A stretch of 64,000 bases of DNA, taken from IMG/VR virus record IMGVR_UViG_3300045972_000140, positions 32,001 through 96,000 of that record; one strand, 5' to 3'. The stretch's first letter is position 1. Each line of letters starts with the position of its first letter. Below the pieces are notes generated by a model that saw nothing but the letters and a program-made list of their open reading frames with translations, had not been told where the DNA came from and ran no database searches. Source of the DNA: a virus. The position numbers and the translations under genes were made by a program. Below are positions 1-11,800 of the stretch, in pieces.

Positions 1-3000
1 CGCGCTGTCCACGTAATACCATCCGGTGAAGTAGCAGCAACGGAAGTAAATTGAGCTGCTGCAAAGAAAACAGATCCATTCCACGCAATTGAGATCCACG
101 TCGCCGAGGCAGGTAATGTTCGTGCAGTCCAAGTAATACCATCTGGAGAAGTGGCTGCGGTAGTACTAGCCGATGCAAGAGCACAAAAAACAGATCCGTT
201 CCATGCAATCGAGGTCCAACTAGCTGCAGATGGTAATGTTCGTGCTGTCCAAGTAATACCATCTGGAGAAGTGGCTGCGGCCGAGCTGTTACTATTAGAA
301 ACTATACAGAATGTTGAACCACTCCACGCGATAGCAACCCAACTAGCAGAAGACGGTAATGTTTGTGCTGTCCAGGTAATGCCATCCGGAGATGTAGCTG
401 CGGCTGTGCTGTTTTGACTAATAGCACAAAAAACAGATCCGTTCCACGCAACAGAAGTCCATGTAGCAGTGGTAGGTAACGGTCTCGCAGTCCAGGTAAG
501 TCCGTCTGTAGAAGTAGCAGCAATATTACCGCTTGTGTTTGATATAGCAACAAAGGTAGTACTGTTAGACGCAATAGACTTCCATTGTGCAGCAGGTAAT
601 GGGGAAATAGTAGGTGACCATGTTGCCCCTGTTGCACTAGTAAGACACCTATTTAAATTTGTAATAGCAGCAAACTTAGAACCATTCCATGCAATGGATG
701 CAACAGTTTCAGTTGAGACTGGATTATCTGCAATTGGTTGTAACGTCCAGGTAGATCCATCTGTGGTTTTATAAACTGAATTGTTATTACCTGCAATAAT
801 ATATGTCGATGCCCCGAATGCAACACTGCCTGTAGCTGTGCCCATAAGTCGTGTAGTTGTATAAGTAACAAGATCGGTTGTAGAACATGCACCGATTGTC
901 GGCGATATGAAATAAGCAGTACCATCTACTTTAGTTGCTAAAGTACCGTTACCATTAACAGAAGGTGTTGTCTTTCTTGTCCATGTAATGCCATCGGGCG
1001 AGGTTGCAGCGACACCGTTTAATGCAGATGATATAGCACAAAATAAAGATCCATTCCATATAATTCTGCTCCAAGCAGTAACAGATGGTAATACTCGTTG
1101 TGTCCAAGTGATGCCATCTGGAGAAGTAGCGGCTATAGCACTATTTGACCCGACGGTACAAAAGACAGATCCGTTCCATGCTATAGAAATCCAACTAACA
1201 GACGACGGTAATGTACGCTGGGTCCAAGTAATACCATCTGGAGAAGTGGCGGCTACAGTACCACCTAATGCAACAGCACAAAAGACAGATCCGTTCCACG
1301 CCATAGAAATCCAGCTAGCCGAGACAGGTAATACTCGTTGGGTCCACGTAATACCATCTGGTGAAGTGGCGGCAATAGTGCTACCAGTTCCTATAATACA
1401 AAATACAGATCCATTCCAGGTGATGGCGCCCCAGCTGGTAGAGACAGGTAATACTCGTTGGGTCCACGTAATACCATCTGGTGAAGTGGCGGCTATGGTG
1501 CTAATACCCGAAGGCGAACAAAAAACTGTTCCATTCCATGCAATTGAGTTCCAATTACCGGAAATAGGTAATTGACGTACCGTCCAATTTATACCATCTG
1601 TTGAGGTCATTGCTGATGTGGCGCCCGAGGCCACTGTACAAAATGTTGTACCATTCCATGCAGGTGTAGACCATGTACCCGTAATAGAACTTGTTCCTAG
1701 TATATTTGCCGTCCAAGCAACACCACTATTTGTAGAAGTTGCTGTCGTTATATTATTACCTGCTATAGCACAGAATGTTGTGCCACCCGCTGCTATACCA
1801 GTCCACGAATCTTGAGTGGGCATTGTTCGTGCAGTCCACGTGATGCCATCGGGCGAAGTGGTTGCAGCATTGGTGCCACTAACAACACAAAAAGCAGATC
1901 CATTCCACGCAATCGAACTCCAATTAGATGGTGACGGTAGTGTCCGCGTGGTCCAGGTAATGCCATCTGGAGAAGTAGCGGCAGAGGTACTAGCAAATGG
2001 TACAGCACAAAATAAAGATCCATTCCAAGCAATTGCATTCCATATCAGTGAAGACGGTAATGTACGTGCAGTCCAAGTAATGCCATCTGAAGAAGTGGCG
2101 GCTATAGTACTAGATTGAGCAATAGCGCAGAATGTTGTGCCACCTGCTGCTATACCAATCCACGTAGAAGAAGAAGGTAATACTCGCTGTGTCCAAGTAA
2201 TTCCATCTGGAGAAGTGGCGGCTATAGTACTAGATTGAGCTATGGCACAAAATACAGATCCATTCCACGCTAACCCAATCCAAGTAGCAGAAACAGGTAA
2301 TATTCGCTGTGTCCAAGTAATTCCATCTGGAGAAGTGGCGGCTATAGTACTAGATTGAGATATGGCACAAAATACTGTTCCGTTCCATACAATTGAATTC
2401 CAAGTTGCCGAAGTTGGTAACGATCGTTGTGTCCAGTTAACACCGTCTGAAGAAGTAGCAGCATTGATAGTCGATTGATTTACAGCGCAAAATACAGATC
2501 CATTCCATGCAATTGCTTTCCAGCCGTTTGTGGTTCCCGGCATACCGGGCGACTGCCCTGTCCAACTAGTTCCATTATTTGTACTAGATATGGTTCCAAC
2601 CGATGTGATTGCTACTAGTTTAGTACCTATCGACACAACTGACTTAAATGCGGCACCTACTGCATTACTAGAAGTCCAAGTGATACCATCGGTTGAGATT
2701 GCCGCTTTACATTCAGAGGACGATACAGCGCAAAATACGGTACCATTCCATGTCACTGATACCCAAGAAGAAACAGATGGCATTGTAGTAGCAGACCAAT
2801 TTTTGCCGTCTGTGCTATAAATCGCCGTTGCCGAGTTTGTGCTACCTATAGAAATCCATTTTCCGTTACCAAATACCGGTGTTATCCAAACCTGATTTCC
2901 CGGTAAACTAACACTAGAAATCGATACAGTAGTACCATCTTGTAAATATCCTGCAAGTGCTGTATTTGTTGATTTATTAATAGATGCAGGAGAAGTGGAT

Positions 3001-3047
3001 ACATTATATCCAGATAATACGCCAACTGTCGAAAGTAATTTTGTCAT
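1..3047 (-). CDS. Large beta-propeller repeat protein, putative receptor-binding/fibre protein; runs off the left edge of the window
   Basis: Absent from the ORF track, presumably because its stop lies outside the window. ATG at 3047 (MTKLLSTVGVLSGYNV...), and the same frame at the left edge reads ATSPDGITWTAR. Roughly 24 units of ~40 aa (W..IAWNGSVFCAI...AATSPDGITWT.R.LP). Paralogue of 3056-4903. Confidence 0.8.
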   Translation of the reverse strand, partial: MTKLLSTVGVLSGYNVSTSPASINKSTNTALAGYLQDGTTVSISSVSLPGNQVWITPVFGNGKWISIGSTNSATAIYSTDGKNWSATTMPSVSSWVSVTWNGTVFCAVSSSECKAAISTDGITWTSSNAVGAAFKSVVSIGTKLVAITSVGTISSTNNGTSWTGQSPGMPGTTNGWKAIAWNGSVFCAVNQSTINAATSSDGVNWTQRSLPTSATWNSIVWNGTVFCAISQSSTIAATSPDGITWTQRILPVSATWIGLAWNGSVFCAIAQSSTIAATSPDGITWTQRVLPSSSTWIGIAAGGTTFCAIAQSSTIAATSSDGITWTARTLPSSLIWNAIAWNGSLFCAVPFASTSAATSPDGITWTTRTLPSPSNWSSIAWNGSAFCVVSGTNAATTSPDGITWTARTMPTQDSWTGIAAGGTTFCAIAGNNITTATSTNSGVAWTANILGTSSITGTWSTPAWNGTTFCTVASGATSAMTSTDGINWTVRQLPISGNWNSIAWNGTVFCSPSGISTIAATSPDGITWTQRVLPVSTSWGAITWNGSVFCIIGTGSTIAATSPDGITWTQRVLPVSASWISMAWNGSVFCAVALGGTVAATSPDGITWTQRTLPSSVSWISIAWNGSVFCTVGSNSAIAATSPDGITWTQRVLPSVTAWSRIIWNGSLFCAISSALNGVAATSPDGITWTRKTTPSVNGNGTLATKVDGTAYFISPTIGACSTTDLVTYTTTRLMGTATGSVAFGASTYIIAGNNNSVYKTTDGSTWTLQPIADNPVSTETVASIAWNGSKFAAITNLNRCLTSATGATWSPTISPLPAAQWKSIASNSTTFVAISNTSGNIAATSTDGLTWTARPLPTTATWTSVAWNGSVFCAISQNSTAAATSPDGITWTAQTLPSSASWVAIAWSGSTFCIVSNSNSSAAATSPDGITWTARTLPSAASWTSIAWNGSVFCALASASTTAATSPDGITWTARTLPASATWISIAWNGSVFFAAAQFTSVAATSPDGITWTA

Positions 3048-4740
3048 TGTTAACCTTATTTAAGTATATTGTTTAAACCACTATCTAACGATACAGGAAC
3101 ATTTAATAATGTAGCCGATGATGTCGAAATTTTACATAAATTGCCTGTGCCCACTAAAACAAAAGATCCCGTATTGCCGGCAATTGAGGTCCACGATGCA
3201 CTCGCCGGCAATACTATTTGAGTCCAGGTGATACCATCCGGCGAAGTGGCCGCAACGTTAGAAGATGAAGCTGCACAAAATAAAGATCCGTTCCAGGCGA
3301 CTGAAACCCACGTCGCCGAAGACGGTAATGTCGAATATGACCAATTAATACCGTTTGTTGATGTAAACGCCAATTGCCCGCTATTAGATACGCCGCAAAA
3401 AATAGTTCCGTTTGATGTTATTGCAGCCAATCCATTATAAGGAAGACTGTACGCTAACCAGTTAATACCATCAGTTGATACTGCAATATCTTTGGTGCCT
3501 TGAGTTATAGCACAAAGAGTTGTTCCTTTTGCCGATATACCATTCCATACCACAGAATTACCTATCGACCGTATAGTCCATGCAATACCGTCTGGAGACG
3601 TTGCCATACTAGAAGAGCTTTGTATTATCACACAAAATAAAGATCCATTCCACGCAATTGCTTTCCAATTAAACGATTGTGGCATTGTTCGTGCTGTCCA
3701 AGTAATACCATCTGGAGAAGTGGCGGCGGCGGTAGTATTAGATGCAATAGCACAAAATACAGATCCGTTCCATGCAATTGAGGCCCAGGTAGATGATGTT
3801 GGTAATGTTCGTGGTGTCCATGTTATGCCATCCGGGGAAGTAGCAGCCATAGTACTACCTGTTGCGATAGCACAAAAGATAGATCCGTTCCACGCTATTG
3901 CAGTCCAACTTGCCGGATATATAGACCAGGCAATGCCATCCGTAGAAACAGAGGCAAGAATACTACTCGATAAAGCGCAGAATGTTGTACCACCCGCTGC
4001 TATAGTAGTCCACGTTATTGCACCAACAGTCTGCCGTTGTGTCCAGGTAATGCCATCTGGAGAAGTAGCAGAGACAGCATTAATCTGACTAATAGCACAA
4101 AAGACGGATCCGTTCCAGGCGATCGAAGTCCACCCAGTAGTAGCAGGTAATACTCGCTGTGTCCAAGTAATACCATCTGGTGAAGTGGCTGCAATATTAT
4201 TGCTTGTCATAATAGCGCAAAATACAGATCCATTCCACGCGATTGCCTTCCAGTTAGTAGTTGCCGGTAGTGTTCGAGCTGTCCAAGTGATGCCATCTGG
4301 AGAAGTAGCGGCTATGGTGCTGGCAGAAGAGATAGCGCAGAATACAGTACCATTCCATGCGATAGCAACCCAATTAGTCGAGGCCGATAGTACTCGTTGA
4401 GTCCAGGTAATGCCATCTGGGGAGGTGGCGGCAATAGTACCTCCCGCTGCAATAGCGCAAAATACAGATCCATTCCATGCTAAATCGTTCCAACTGGCAG
4501 AAACTGGCATTGCTCGCTGAGTCCACGTAATTCCATCTGGGGAGGTGGCAGCGTTGGCGCTAGATTGAGCTATGGCACAAAATACAGATCCATTCCAAGA
4601 TATTACTTGCCAGTTTCCTGCTACCGGTAATGTTTGCGCTGTCCAATTAATGCCGTTTGGCGAAGTAGCAGCCACGGTGCTGCCGCCAGCAGCTACTGCA
4701 CAAAATTTTGTTCCGTTCCATACAAGACTTCGCCAAGCGG
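1..4740. repeat. Coding tandem repeat with ~120-nt period spanning two adjacent genes
   Basis: GTCCA(A/G/C)GTAAT(A/G/T)CCATCTGG(A/T)GAAGT recurs about every 120 nt. 1321-1373 and 1441-1493 are identical. Near-identical units start at 2101, 2221 and 2341. Confidence 0.9.
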
Positions 4741-4903
4741 AGGCGGATGGCATATTCACAGGAATAGATGTTTTGTAATCATTACCCGATGGTAAAAAAT
4801 TAGCAAGTTGTGGATTAGTCGACTTGCCTGCACTAGTAACACTCGGTGTAACTCTGGTGCCAGTTAATGTAGGCACCTGAACTGCTGATAAATTAACAGT
4901 CAT
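3056..4903 (-). CDS. Beta-propeller repeat protein (Asp-box/BNR-like S.DG..W blades), putative adhesin
   Basis: 615 aa. 13 S(P/T)(D/N)GI.W motifs plus a degenerate 14th unit. Lies in the fibre cluster. Confidence 0.8.
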   Translation of the reverse strand: MTVNLSAVQVPTLTGTRVTPSVTSAGKSTNPQLANFLPSGNDYKTSIPVNMPSASAWRSLVWNGTKFCAVAAGGSTVAATSPNGINWTAQTLPVAGNWQVISWNGSVFCAIAQSSANAATSPDGITWTQRAMPVSASWNDLAWNGSVFCAIAAGGTIAATSPDGITWTQRVLSASTNWVAIAWNGTVFCAISSASTIAATSPDGITWTARTLPATTNWKAIAWNGSVFCAIMTSNNIAATSPDGITWTQRVLPATTGWTSIAWNGSVFCAISQINAVSATSPDGITWTQRQTVGAITWTTIAAGGTTFCALSSSILASVSTDGIAWSIYPASWTAIAWNGSIFCAIATGSTMAATSPDGITWTPRTLPTSSTWASIAWNGSVFCAIASNTTAAATSPDGITWTARTMPQSFNWKAIAWNGSLFCVIIQSSSSMATSPDGIAWTIRSIGNSVVWNGISAKGTTLCAITQGTKDIAVSTDGINWLAYSLPYNGLAAITSNGTIFCGVSNSGQLAFTSTNGINWSYSTLPSSATWVSVAWNGSLFCAASSSNVAATSPDGITWTQIVLPASASWTSIAGNTGSFVLVGTGNLCKISTSSATLLNVPVSLDSGLNNILK

Positions 4904-4904
4904 T

Positions 4905-7900
4905 TTAGATCAACTTCCAGTTTGTATTATAGGAATTGTACATTAAGTTTATTGCAGAACCAGACACATTTATCGATAATCCTGTTGCATCAAACTCAAC
5001 TGTGTGCCCTCCGCTTGCTGCAATCAGAACAGCATTAATGCTACATTTATTCGTAATATCGACTAATCCAACTTTATCCCCATCTGCCGGAGATGCTGGT
5101 AGTGTAACAGTAAACGGAGCGGTTGTAGAATCCGTTCGGACCAGATCATTTACTGCCGCTGTATAGGCCGAAGTCTTAACAGATGTAATTGCTAGACCGC
5201 CGGCGGGTGCTGGTGCCCAGGTCGGAGCAGATGAACCATTGGATGTTAATACTTGACCAGTTGTACCGTTTGTTACAAAGCTTGTGGTACCTGGTGCTGA
5301 TTGATAATGAAGGTTGCCTGCACTTCCTGCCGCAATATTTGTTGCAGTGGTTGCACTCGCTACCGTGCCAGTAACGTTGGCACCAGTTAAGCTTGTTAGG
5401 CCGGAACCATTACCAGTTGGTGCAAGATAGTTAGTACCTGCAACAAAGTTAGCTGCTCTATAATCACTTGCATATGTTGAATTAGCTGCATTATCGCCGG
5501 TATTTGTGCCAGATAAGTTAGCTACTGCGGCATTGGCTAAGTTTGCATTAGCAATAGCTGTGCCATTCCACACACCAGTTGTAATTGTACCAACACTTGT
5601 TAAGCTAGACGAAACTACAGTCGAGTTAAGTGCTGTACCAGTTAGTGTACCTGCTGCTGCTGTTACTGTGCCACTTGCACCAAGTGCAATAGCTGTACCG
5701 TTTACTGTTATAGAACTATTTACAAGTTTAACATTAGCGATAGATCCTGCTAACATTGTATTCGTAACAACACTAGTACCGGTTGTATAAACACCATTTG
5801 TAACTGTACCTGCGTTACCTGTTACTGAACCACTAATTGGGTTCGTAACTGTTAAGTTAGTAAGAGTACCAACGCTTGTTAAACTAGAACTTACAACATT
5901 AGATGCTAGTGTTGTTCCAGTTAGTGCATTTGCAGAACCACCAAACGATGGTCCACCCACTGTATAGCCTAAGTACGTAGTGCCACTATCAACGGTTACT
6001 AATGTCACGAAGGTATAAACTGTTGCAGAAATAACCGGGGCGGATCCTGTAACCCAAGAAACAGATGCTGGCCAGGTAATAGTATAGTTACTCGGATTAG
6101 GCGCAATTTGCATTGCAATATTAGTCCAATATCCGGATATAGCGTTAACAAAGGAGAATGTAGTATTACCAGATAATGTGCAGGTATAGTTAGTACCATC
6201 ATCGGCAAAAGCAAGTGTTACGGCGCCCGATGCTGCTATATCAGTGGTCTTATAACCAATAGCACCGTTAGCCTTTATATAACCAGAAAGTGTTTGATCA
6301 CCGGATACACCAGTTTGCAATAGAATGTTAGCAGCCTGACCTGTATCAGAGTCGCCACCGTAGAAACGAATATCACCACCACGTGTACCACCGGTGCCTG
6401 GATCAGTATATAATCGAATCGCATTACCGGTTGATGCACGGATTAATAACGAAGACGAAACACCGGCTGGTTGCCATATAGAATTTGATCCACCTAATAT
6501 TAAACCATAACTATCAACACCTGTACCTACTTGGAATTGTCTAGATGCATCGTCATAAGTTAACCCATCGCTAAACACTGTTGTACTTGCTGCGCTCTGG
6601 AATGGAACTTGCATTGCTACACCTGCCGCAATATTTGTTGCTGTGGTTGCAGATGTTGCTGTAGGAACTGTACCTGTTACAGCAATTGTTACTGCACCAG
6701 TTGCGCCTGATACAGATATGTTTGATCCTGCAGAAACAGATGTTACGCCAGTGTTGGCAAAAGTATTGCCTGTTAAAGATAAGCCTGTACCTGCAACATA
6801 AGTACCAGATCCGCTGAATTGAGCATAAACAATCGGGTCTGTGCCAACAGTTACTACGGTTGCTGTCTCTGTCCATCCGGTGTCGGCTTGTGTTGTACCT
6901 ACCTGTACATATACCGCTTCGCCATCAAGTTGTGCTGCTGTTGCTGAATCTGTTGCACGAGTCCATGCACTAGCTGCCACCACATAAATACCGTTCTGAG
7001 ATTGAGTTGTTTGATTTTTAACAAGTATGCGATTACCTGCAACCAATGCAATACCGTCGACTGTTTGTGTTCCAGATAATGTAATGTTTGCTGTTGTTGC
7101 TGCTCTAACCGATGTCTTCCAGCTTAGACCTGCTACCGCTGCGTCAACATAATTCTTTGTTGTTGCATCTGTCCCCGATGTAGGTGATGTAAGTCCAGTA
7201 ACTGTACCAGCCGAGAATGTAAGTGTTCCGGTGATTGTGTCGCCTGCTGTATTTACCGGAGTATAACCAAGTGCAGTTGTGATGTCACCTGTTGTTACTG
7301 CGGTTGTTGCGGTTACCAAGCCCTTGCCGTTTGTTGTAATCTTTTGGAATGACGCTGTAACTGGCGAAGCATTAACTGTCGCTAATGTTGCATTCGTAAT
7401 TGCTGTACCTGTGGTGCCCGACATTGTGATATCGCCACCTGTTACAGAGATTGCACCAGACGGAATACTAACTGATGTGGTTGTAACGGCTGTTACTAAA
7501 CCTTTACCGTTTACTGTAACTTGTGGAATTTGTGTAGCAGAACCGTATGTACCTACATCGCTGTTAACTGTTGCAAGAGTTGCTGCAAATGATCCTGTAC
7601 CGGAACCTGTTACATCGCCTGTTAATGCTATCGTCTGATCGCCGGTATTTGTACCACTTAAATTTGATCCGGCTACTGTGCCAGTAGCTACTACACTAGT
7701 AGGTGTAATATTGCCTAAACTAAGCGAAATAGTACCGCTAGTTGTTACTGGACTGCCTGACACTGTTATGCCGTTGCTACCAGATGCTGCAACAGATGTA
7801 ACGGTACCGGTGTTAGTTGTATAACCAGATGGATTAGAATTGTTATATGGAGTAAATCCGAGTGCTGTTGTAACCTGTGCACTTGTTAAGCTTAATGCAC

Positions 7901-8744
7901 CACTAAGTGTAAGCGAACCGGTCGACGTTACTGTTCCAGATAATGTTAAACCACTTACCGTTCCTGTACCAACTACAGATGTAACTGTTCCTGTATTAGT
8001 TGTATATCCATCTGGATTAGTCGAATTGTATGGAGTAAATCCAAGTGCATTTGTTACATCACTTCCACTGATGCTAGAAATATAACCAGCTGGGTTAGTT
8101 GCGTTGTATGGAGTAAAAGTTAGTGCAGTTGTTACATCCGACAATGTTAGTGTAATAGCACCTTGTCTTGTATTAAAACTAGTAACACCGCCAATGACGC
8201 CACCATTTACTGTGGGTTCTACTGCAAAATCAACTACACCAGTAGCACGATTAATAGAGTAAACTATATTTGATGTTAATCCGTTATCTGCTATTCTAAC
8301 AAATTCGAAATCAGATCCTGATGACGCACCTGTCTCTGTCATACTGTTTGCTTGCATTAACCAACGATCAACACCCGATGTTTGAAAACGCAATGTTCTA
8401 TTAAGAACATCTGCATTAGATATGCTAATGCCAGTGTTAGTAAGTGTCGAAGTAGATGTTAATGCACCAGTTGATTTATTAATAACAAACTTAGCACTGC
8501 CACCAAATGTGCCGCCATCGTTGAACTGAATTTGGGTATCGGCGCCACCGGGCGTAATTGCTCCACTCATCCAAGAAACATTAGTTCCGTTTGTTACCAG
8601 CAGTTTGCCGGCCTGTCCTGCCTGCGCCGGCAATAACGCATTTATTGCTGTAGGTGCAGTGGTTTGTCCGGTACCGCCAAGAGCAATAGGAATGGGACCA
8701 CCATTTGATTGAACTAAAATATTACCAGCTAGTTGTACGCCCAT
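4905..8744 (-). CDS. Tail fibre-like structural protein
   Basis: 1279 aa, T/G/S/A-rich. GGTG and DATTKNYVD fibre motifs, AATTANITLSG...RILVKNQT...NGIY module, SSSLTSVGT repeats. GGAG RBS and upstream GATAAATA. Confidence 0.8.
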   Translation of the reverse strand: MGVQLAGNILVQSNGGPIPIALGGTGQTTAPTAINALLPAQAGQAGKLLVTNGTNVSWMSGAITPGGADTQIQFNDGGTFGGSAKFVINKSTGALTSTSTLTNTGISISNADVLNRTLRFQTSGVDRWLMQANSMTETGASSGSDFEFVRIADNGLTSNIVYSINRATGVVDFAVEPTVNGGVIGGVTSFNTRQGAITLTLSDVTTALTFTPYNATNPAGYISSISGSDVTNALGFTPYNSTNPDGYTTNTGTVTSVVGTGTVSGLTLSGTVTSTGSLTLSGALSLTSAQVTTALGFTPYNNSNPSGYTTNTGTVTSVAASGSNGITVSGSPVTTSGTISLSLGNITPTSVVATGTVAGSNLSGTNTGDQTIALTGDVTGSGTGSFAATLATVNSDVGTYGSATQIPQVTVNGKGLVTAVTTTSVSIPSGAISVTGGDITMSGTTGTAITNATLATVNASPVTASFQKITTNGKGLVTATTAVTTGDITTALGYTPVNTAGDTITGTLTFSAGTVTGLTSPTSGTDATTKNYVDAAVAGLSWKTSVRAATTANITLSGTQTVDGIALVAGNRILVKNQTTQSQNGIYVVAASAWTRATDSATAAQLDGEAVYVQVGTTQADTGWTETATVVTVGTDPIVYAQFSGSGTYVAGTGLSLTGNTFANTGVTSVSAGSNISVSGATGAVTIAVTGTVPTATSATTATNIAAGVAMQVPFQSAASTTVFSDGLTYDDASRQFQVGTGVDSYGLILGGSNSIWQPAGVSSSLLIRASTGNAIRLYTDPGTGGTRGGDIRFYGGDSDTGQAANILLQTGVSGDQTLSGYIKANGAIGYKTTDIAASGAVTLAFADDGTNYTCTLSGNTTFSFVNAISGYWTNIAMQIAPNPSNYTITWPASVSWVTGSAPVISATVYTFVTLVTVDSGTTYLGYTVGGPSFGGSANALTGTTLASNVVSSSLTSVGTLTNLTVTNPISGSVTGNAGTVTNGVYTTGTSVVTNTMLAGSIANVKLVNSSITVNGTAIALGASGTVTAAAGTLTGTALNSTVVSSSLTSVGTITTGVWNGTAIANANLANAAVANLSGTNTGDNAANSTYASDYRAANFVAGTNYLAPTGNGSGLTSLTGANVTGTVASATTATNIAAGSAGNLHYQSAPGTTSFVTNGTTGQVLTSNGSSAPTWAPAPAGGLAITSVKTSAYTAAVNDLVRTDSTTAPFTVTLPASPADGDKVGLVDITNKCSINAVLIAASGGHTVEFDATGLSINVSGSAINLMYNSYNTNWKLI

Positions 8745-8783
8745 ATTATGTCTCCAAAGAGTTATTAGATTGAAAGTTATTGT

Positions 8784-8791
8784 TATTTATC
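8784..8791 (-). promoter_or_regulatory. Late promoter motif GATAAATA
   Basis: TATTTATC on the + strand, 40 nt upstream of the 8744 ATG. Same motif precedes many structural genes. Confidence 0.7.
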
Positions 8792-8818
8792 CGATATTTA
8801 AAAATATCAAGTTACAGT

Positions 8819-8852
8819 CAAGAAAATAGGCACTGAAGTGCCTATTTTCTTG
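8819..8852 (-). terminator. Intrinsic terminator (possibly bidirectional)
   Basis: Perfect 15-bp inverted repeat CAAGAAAATAGGCAC-tgaa-GTGCCTATTTTCTTG just after the 8866 stop. Confidence 0.75.
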
Positions 8853-8865
8853 TAGTTAAAAAGTA

Positions 8866-11800
8866 TTAGGTTATTGCTGTACCAGAGATAATCCAAGTAG
8901 TTGCTGCTATTTTAAGGATGGTAGCAAACCCGTATGTACCTACTGTTCTGCTGCCTGTTGTACCAGCGCCTGCCAAGTACAATGTATCAGAAGTGATAGC
9001 AATTGTGCATGGTGTTGAGCTTTGATTTACAAAGCTGATCGCTGTACCAATTGGATATGCAACCGATGAGTTTGCAGGAATAGTGTAGGTTTGGCCACCG
9101 GATGCGGTATAAATGTGCTTTCCGGAATCGCTCAATCCTAATGTTGTTGTGCCTGTTACACGCTGTGGAACTTCAAGATATCCAACAGTGTATGAACCAG
9201 CGCCTGCTACAGGCACAGATGTCATTGCACCAGCTGCCGTAACTGTAGTGAAGGACGGAGTCAATGTGGTTGCAATTGTAACTGCACCTGTTGCACCCGA
9301 TACGGTAATATTTGTACCGGCTACCGCACTTGATACGCCGCCGGCGCCACCTGCTGCCCAAGTTGGTACACCGGCTGCTAAAGTTAATACGTAGCCATTT
9401 GTACCGGCTGCTAACATTGTTGTTGCGCCTGGACCTGTTTGGTATGCAATAGAACCTGCTGCACCACCTGCAAGATTAGTTGCTGCGCCGGCTGTTAAAC
9501 TCGATGCTGTACCTGTTAGTCCCGTACCTGGTCCTGTGAATTGAGTGGATGCAGTAAATGTAGTACCAGTGTATGCATTTGCTACATTAAGTGCATTAGC
9601 TGTGCCAACGGTTAAACTTGCTGCTGTGCCTGTAAGATTTGTTCCAGCAAATGTAGGTGCTGCTACTAAACCAATAGTGACTGCACCTGTTGCACTTGAT
9701 ACAGAAATATTTGTACCTGCTACATTAGATGTTACGCCGGCATTAGAAATTATATTACCGGCTATAGAAATACCTGTACCTGCCGTAAACGAGCCACCAC
9801 CTGTAAATTGTGCAAATACAATATTAGATGATCCAATTGTTGGATTAGCAGTTGTTTGTGTCCAACCTGTATCTAAGTTTATAGAACCGTTTGTAACATA
9901 CAAAGACGCATTACTTAATTCTGCAGATGTATTTGCATCAGTGGAACGACTCCAGGCACCGGATGCTGCAATATAGATACCATTTTGTGTTTGATTTGTT
10001 TGATTCTTAACTAAAACACGATCGCCTGCTAATGTTGTATATGTATCGATTGCCTGTAAACCGGACAATGTAATGTTTGCCGTTGTTGCCACTGCTGCCG
10101 ATGCTTTCCATTCTAAGCCAGCAACTGCATTATCGACATAATTCTTGTTGGCAGCGTCAGACGCATTTGTCGGATCAGGTAAGCCTGTAACTGTATGAGT
10201 ACCATCCATTGTAATAGTACCGGTCATTGAGCCACCAGTTAACAATAGATTAGATGATGCTGCGCCAGTTAATGCGCCAACAAATGTAGTCGATGTGACA
10301 GAAGTTAAACCAGCTAATGTAGTATGTGTACTACCAAGTGCAAAAGCAGTAGAACCTATTGTTACTGAACTGTTTGTTAGTGAACTGTTTGGAATATTAG
10401 AGATTGTAGCAGAGTTTGACCATGCTGCAGGTGCTCCTGCTCCTGCACTTACAAAAACTTGTCCTGCTGCGCCGACTGAGCCATTAACTGCAACAGAACC
10501 ATCTGTATTTATTGCAAGCCAATCTGTAAATACTGTCGATGTACCTGTTGACAAATATAATGCAGTATCAGATATCATTCTTAGTGGCTGACTTGTACCT
10601 GCTTCTACTAATGCAACACCTGTACCGCCCACTGTTAAAATGTTTACAGCCGGATCATATGTTAATGTAGAATATGTTGACGAACTTGTTCCTGTACCGT
10701 ATACGATCTGATTTGCTGGGTATGCCGGTGTGTGCGGGACTTGCCAAGTTGGTGCAGCACTAGGACCATTAGATGTTAATACATATAATGATGTACCCGG
10801 TGCAATATACGAAGTTGTATCTGCTGCAGACTGGTATGGTAGATAACCGATTGCGCCGCCGGCAATATTCGTTGATGTTGTTGTGCTTGTGGCAGAACTT
10901 GCCGTTGCTGCATTACCAGAAATACTAATGTTCCATGTTCCGGATGCATTTGTACCTGTTGTAGATGGCGCACCTATTGTATTATAAGAAATTGTTGTTG
11001 CGCTGCCACCATTAAACGATGATGGACTTGCTGCGCCAGTACCTGCGTTATTAAATGTTACTGCATTAATAACACTTGCTGAGCTGCCGTTAACTGAACC
11101 TGTAATTGTTCCTGTAACTGTTAAGTTTGCAAGTGTACCAACACTTGTTAAGCTTGATGTAACAATATTGGATGCTAATGTTGTTCCTGTTAGTGTGTTT
11201 GCTGCGCCAGATGCCGGTGTTGTCCAGGTTGGGATAGATGCACCGTTAGATGTTAACACTTGCCCGGATGTACCATTTGCAAGGAATGCAGTTGTATTTG
11301 TACCAGATTGGTACACAATATTGCCGGCGGCACCGCCATTAAGCGCAGTTGCTTTAGCAGCGGTTCCGTTAATAGAACCAACAATTGTTCCCGTAACTGT
11401 TAAGTTAGCTAATGTACCAACACTTGTTAAGCTAGACGAAACTACATTAGACGCTAATGTAGTGCCGGTTAGTGAGCCGGCACTAGCCGAAGTTGATATA
11501 GCCGTACCATTTACTGTAGGAGTTGTTTTAAAATCAAATACACCGGTGGCGCGGTTAACGCTATAAACTATATTTGATGTTAATCCATTATCTGCTACAC
11601 GAACAAATTCGAAATTAGATCCAGTATTTGAACCAACTTCGACGTTGTTGTTTACTTGAGATAACCAGCGATCGCTGCCTAGTGTTTGATAACTAAGTGT
11701 TCTATATAGTTCAGCTGAATTAGATATAATAAGGCCGGCATTAGTAAGTGTCGATGTAGATGTTATAGCGCCCGTCGATTTATTGATAACAAGAAATGCA

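Noticed and set aside
1-4740. CRISPR-like pattern of a ~30-nt conserved repeat with variable intervals
   Set aside because: Period is about 120 nt, variation falls at codon third positions, intervals are homologous to each other, and the whole is an open minus-strand reading frame.
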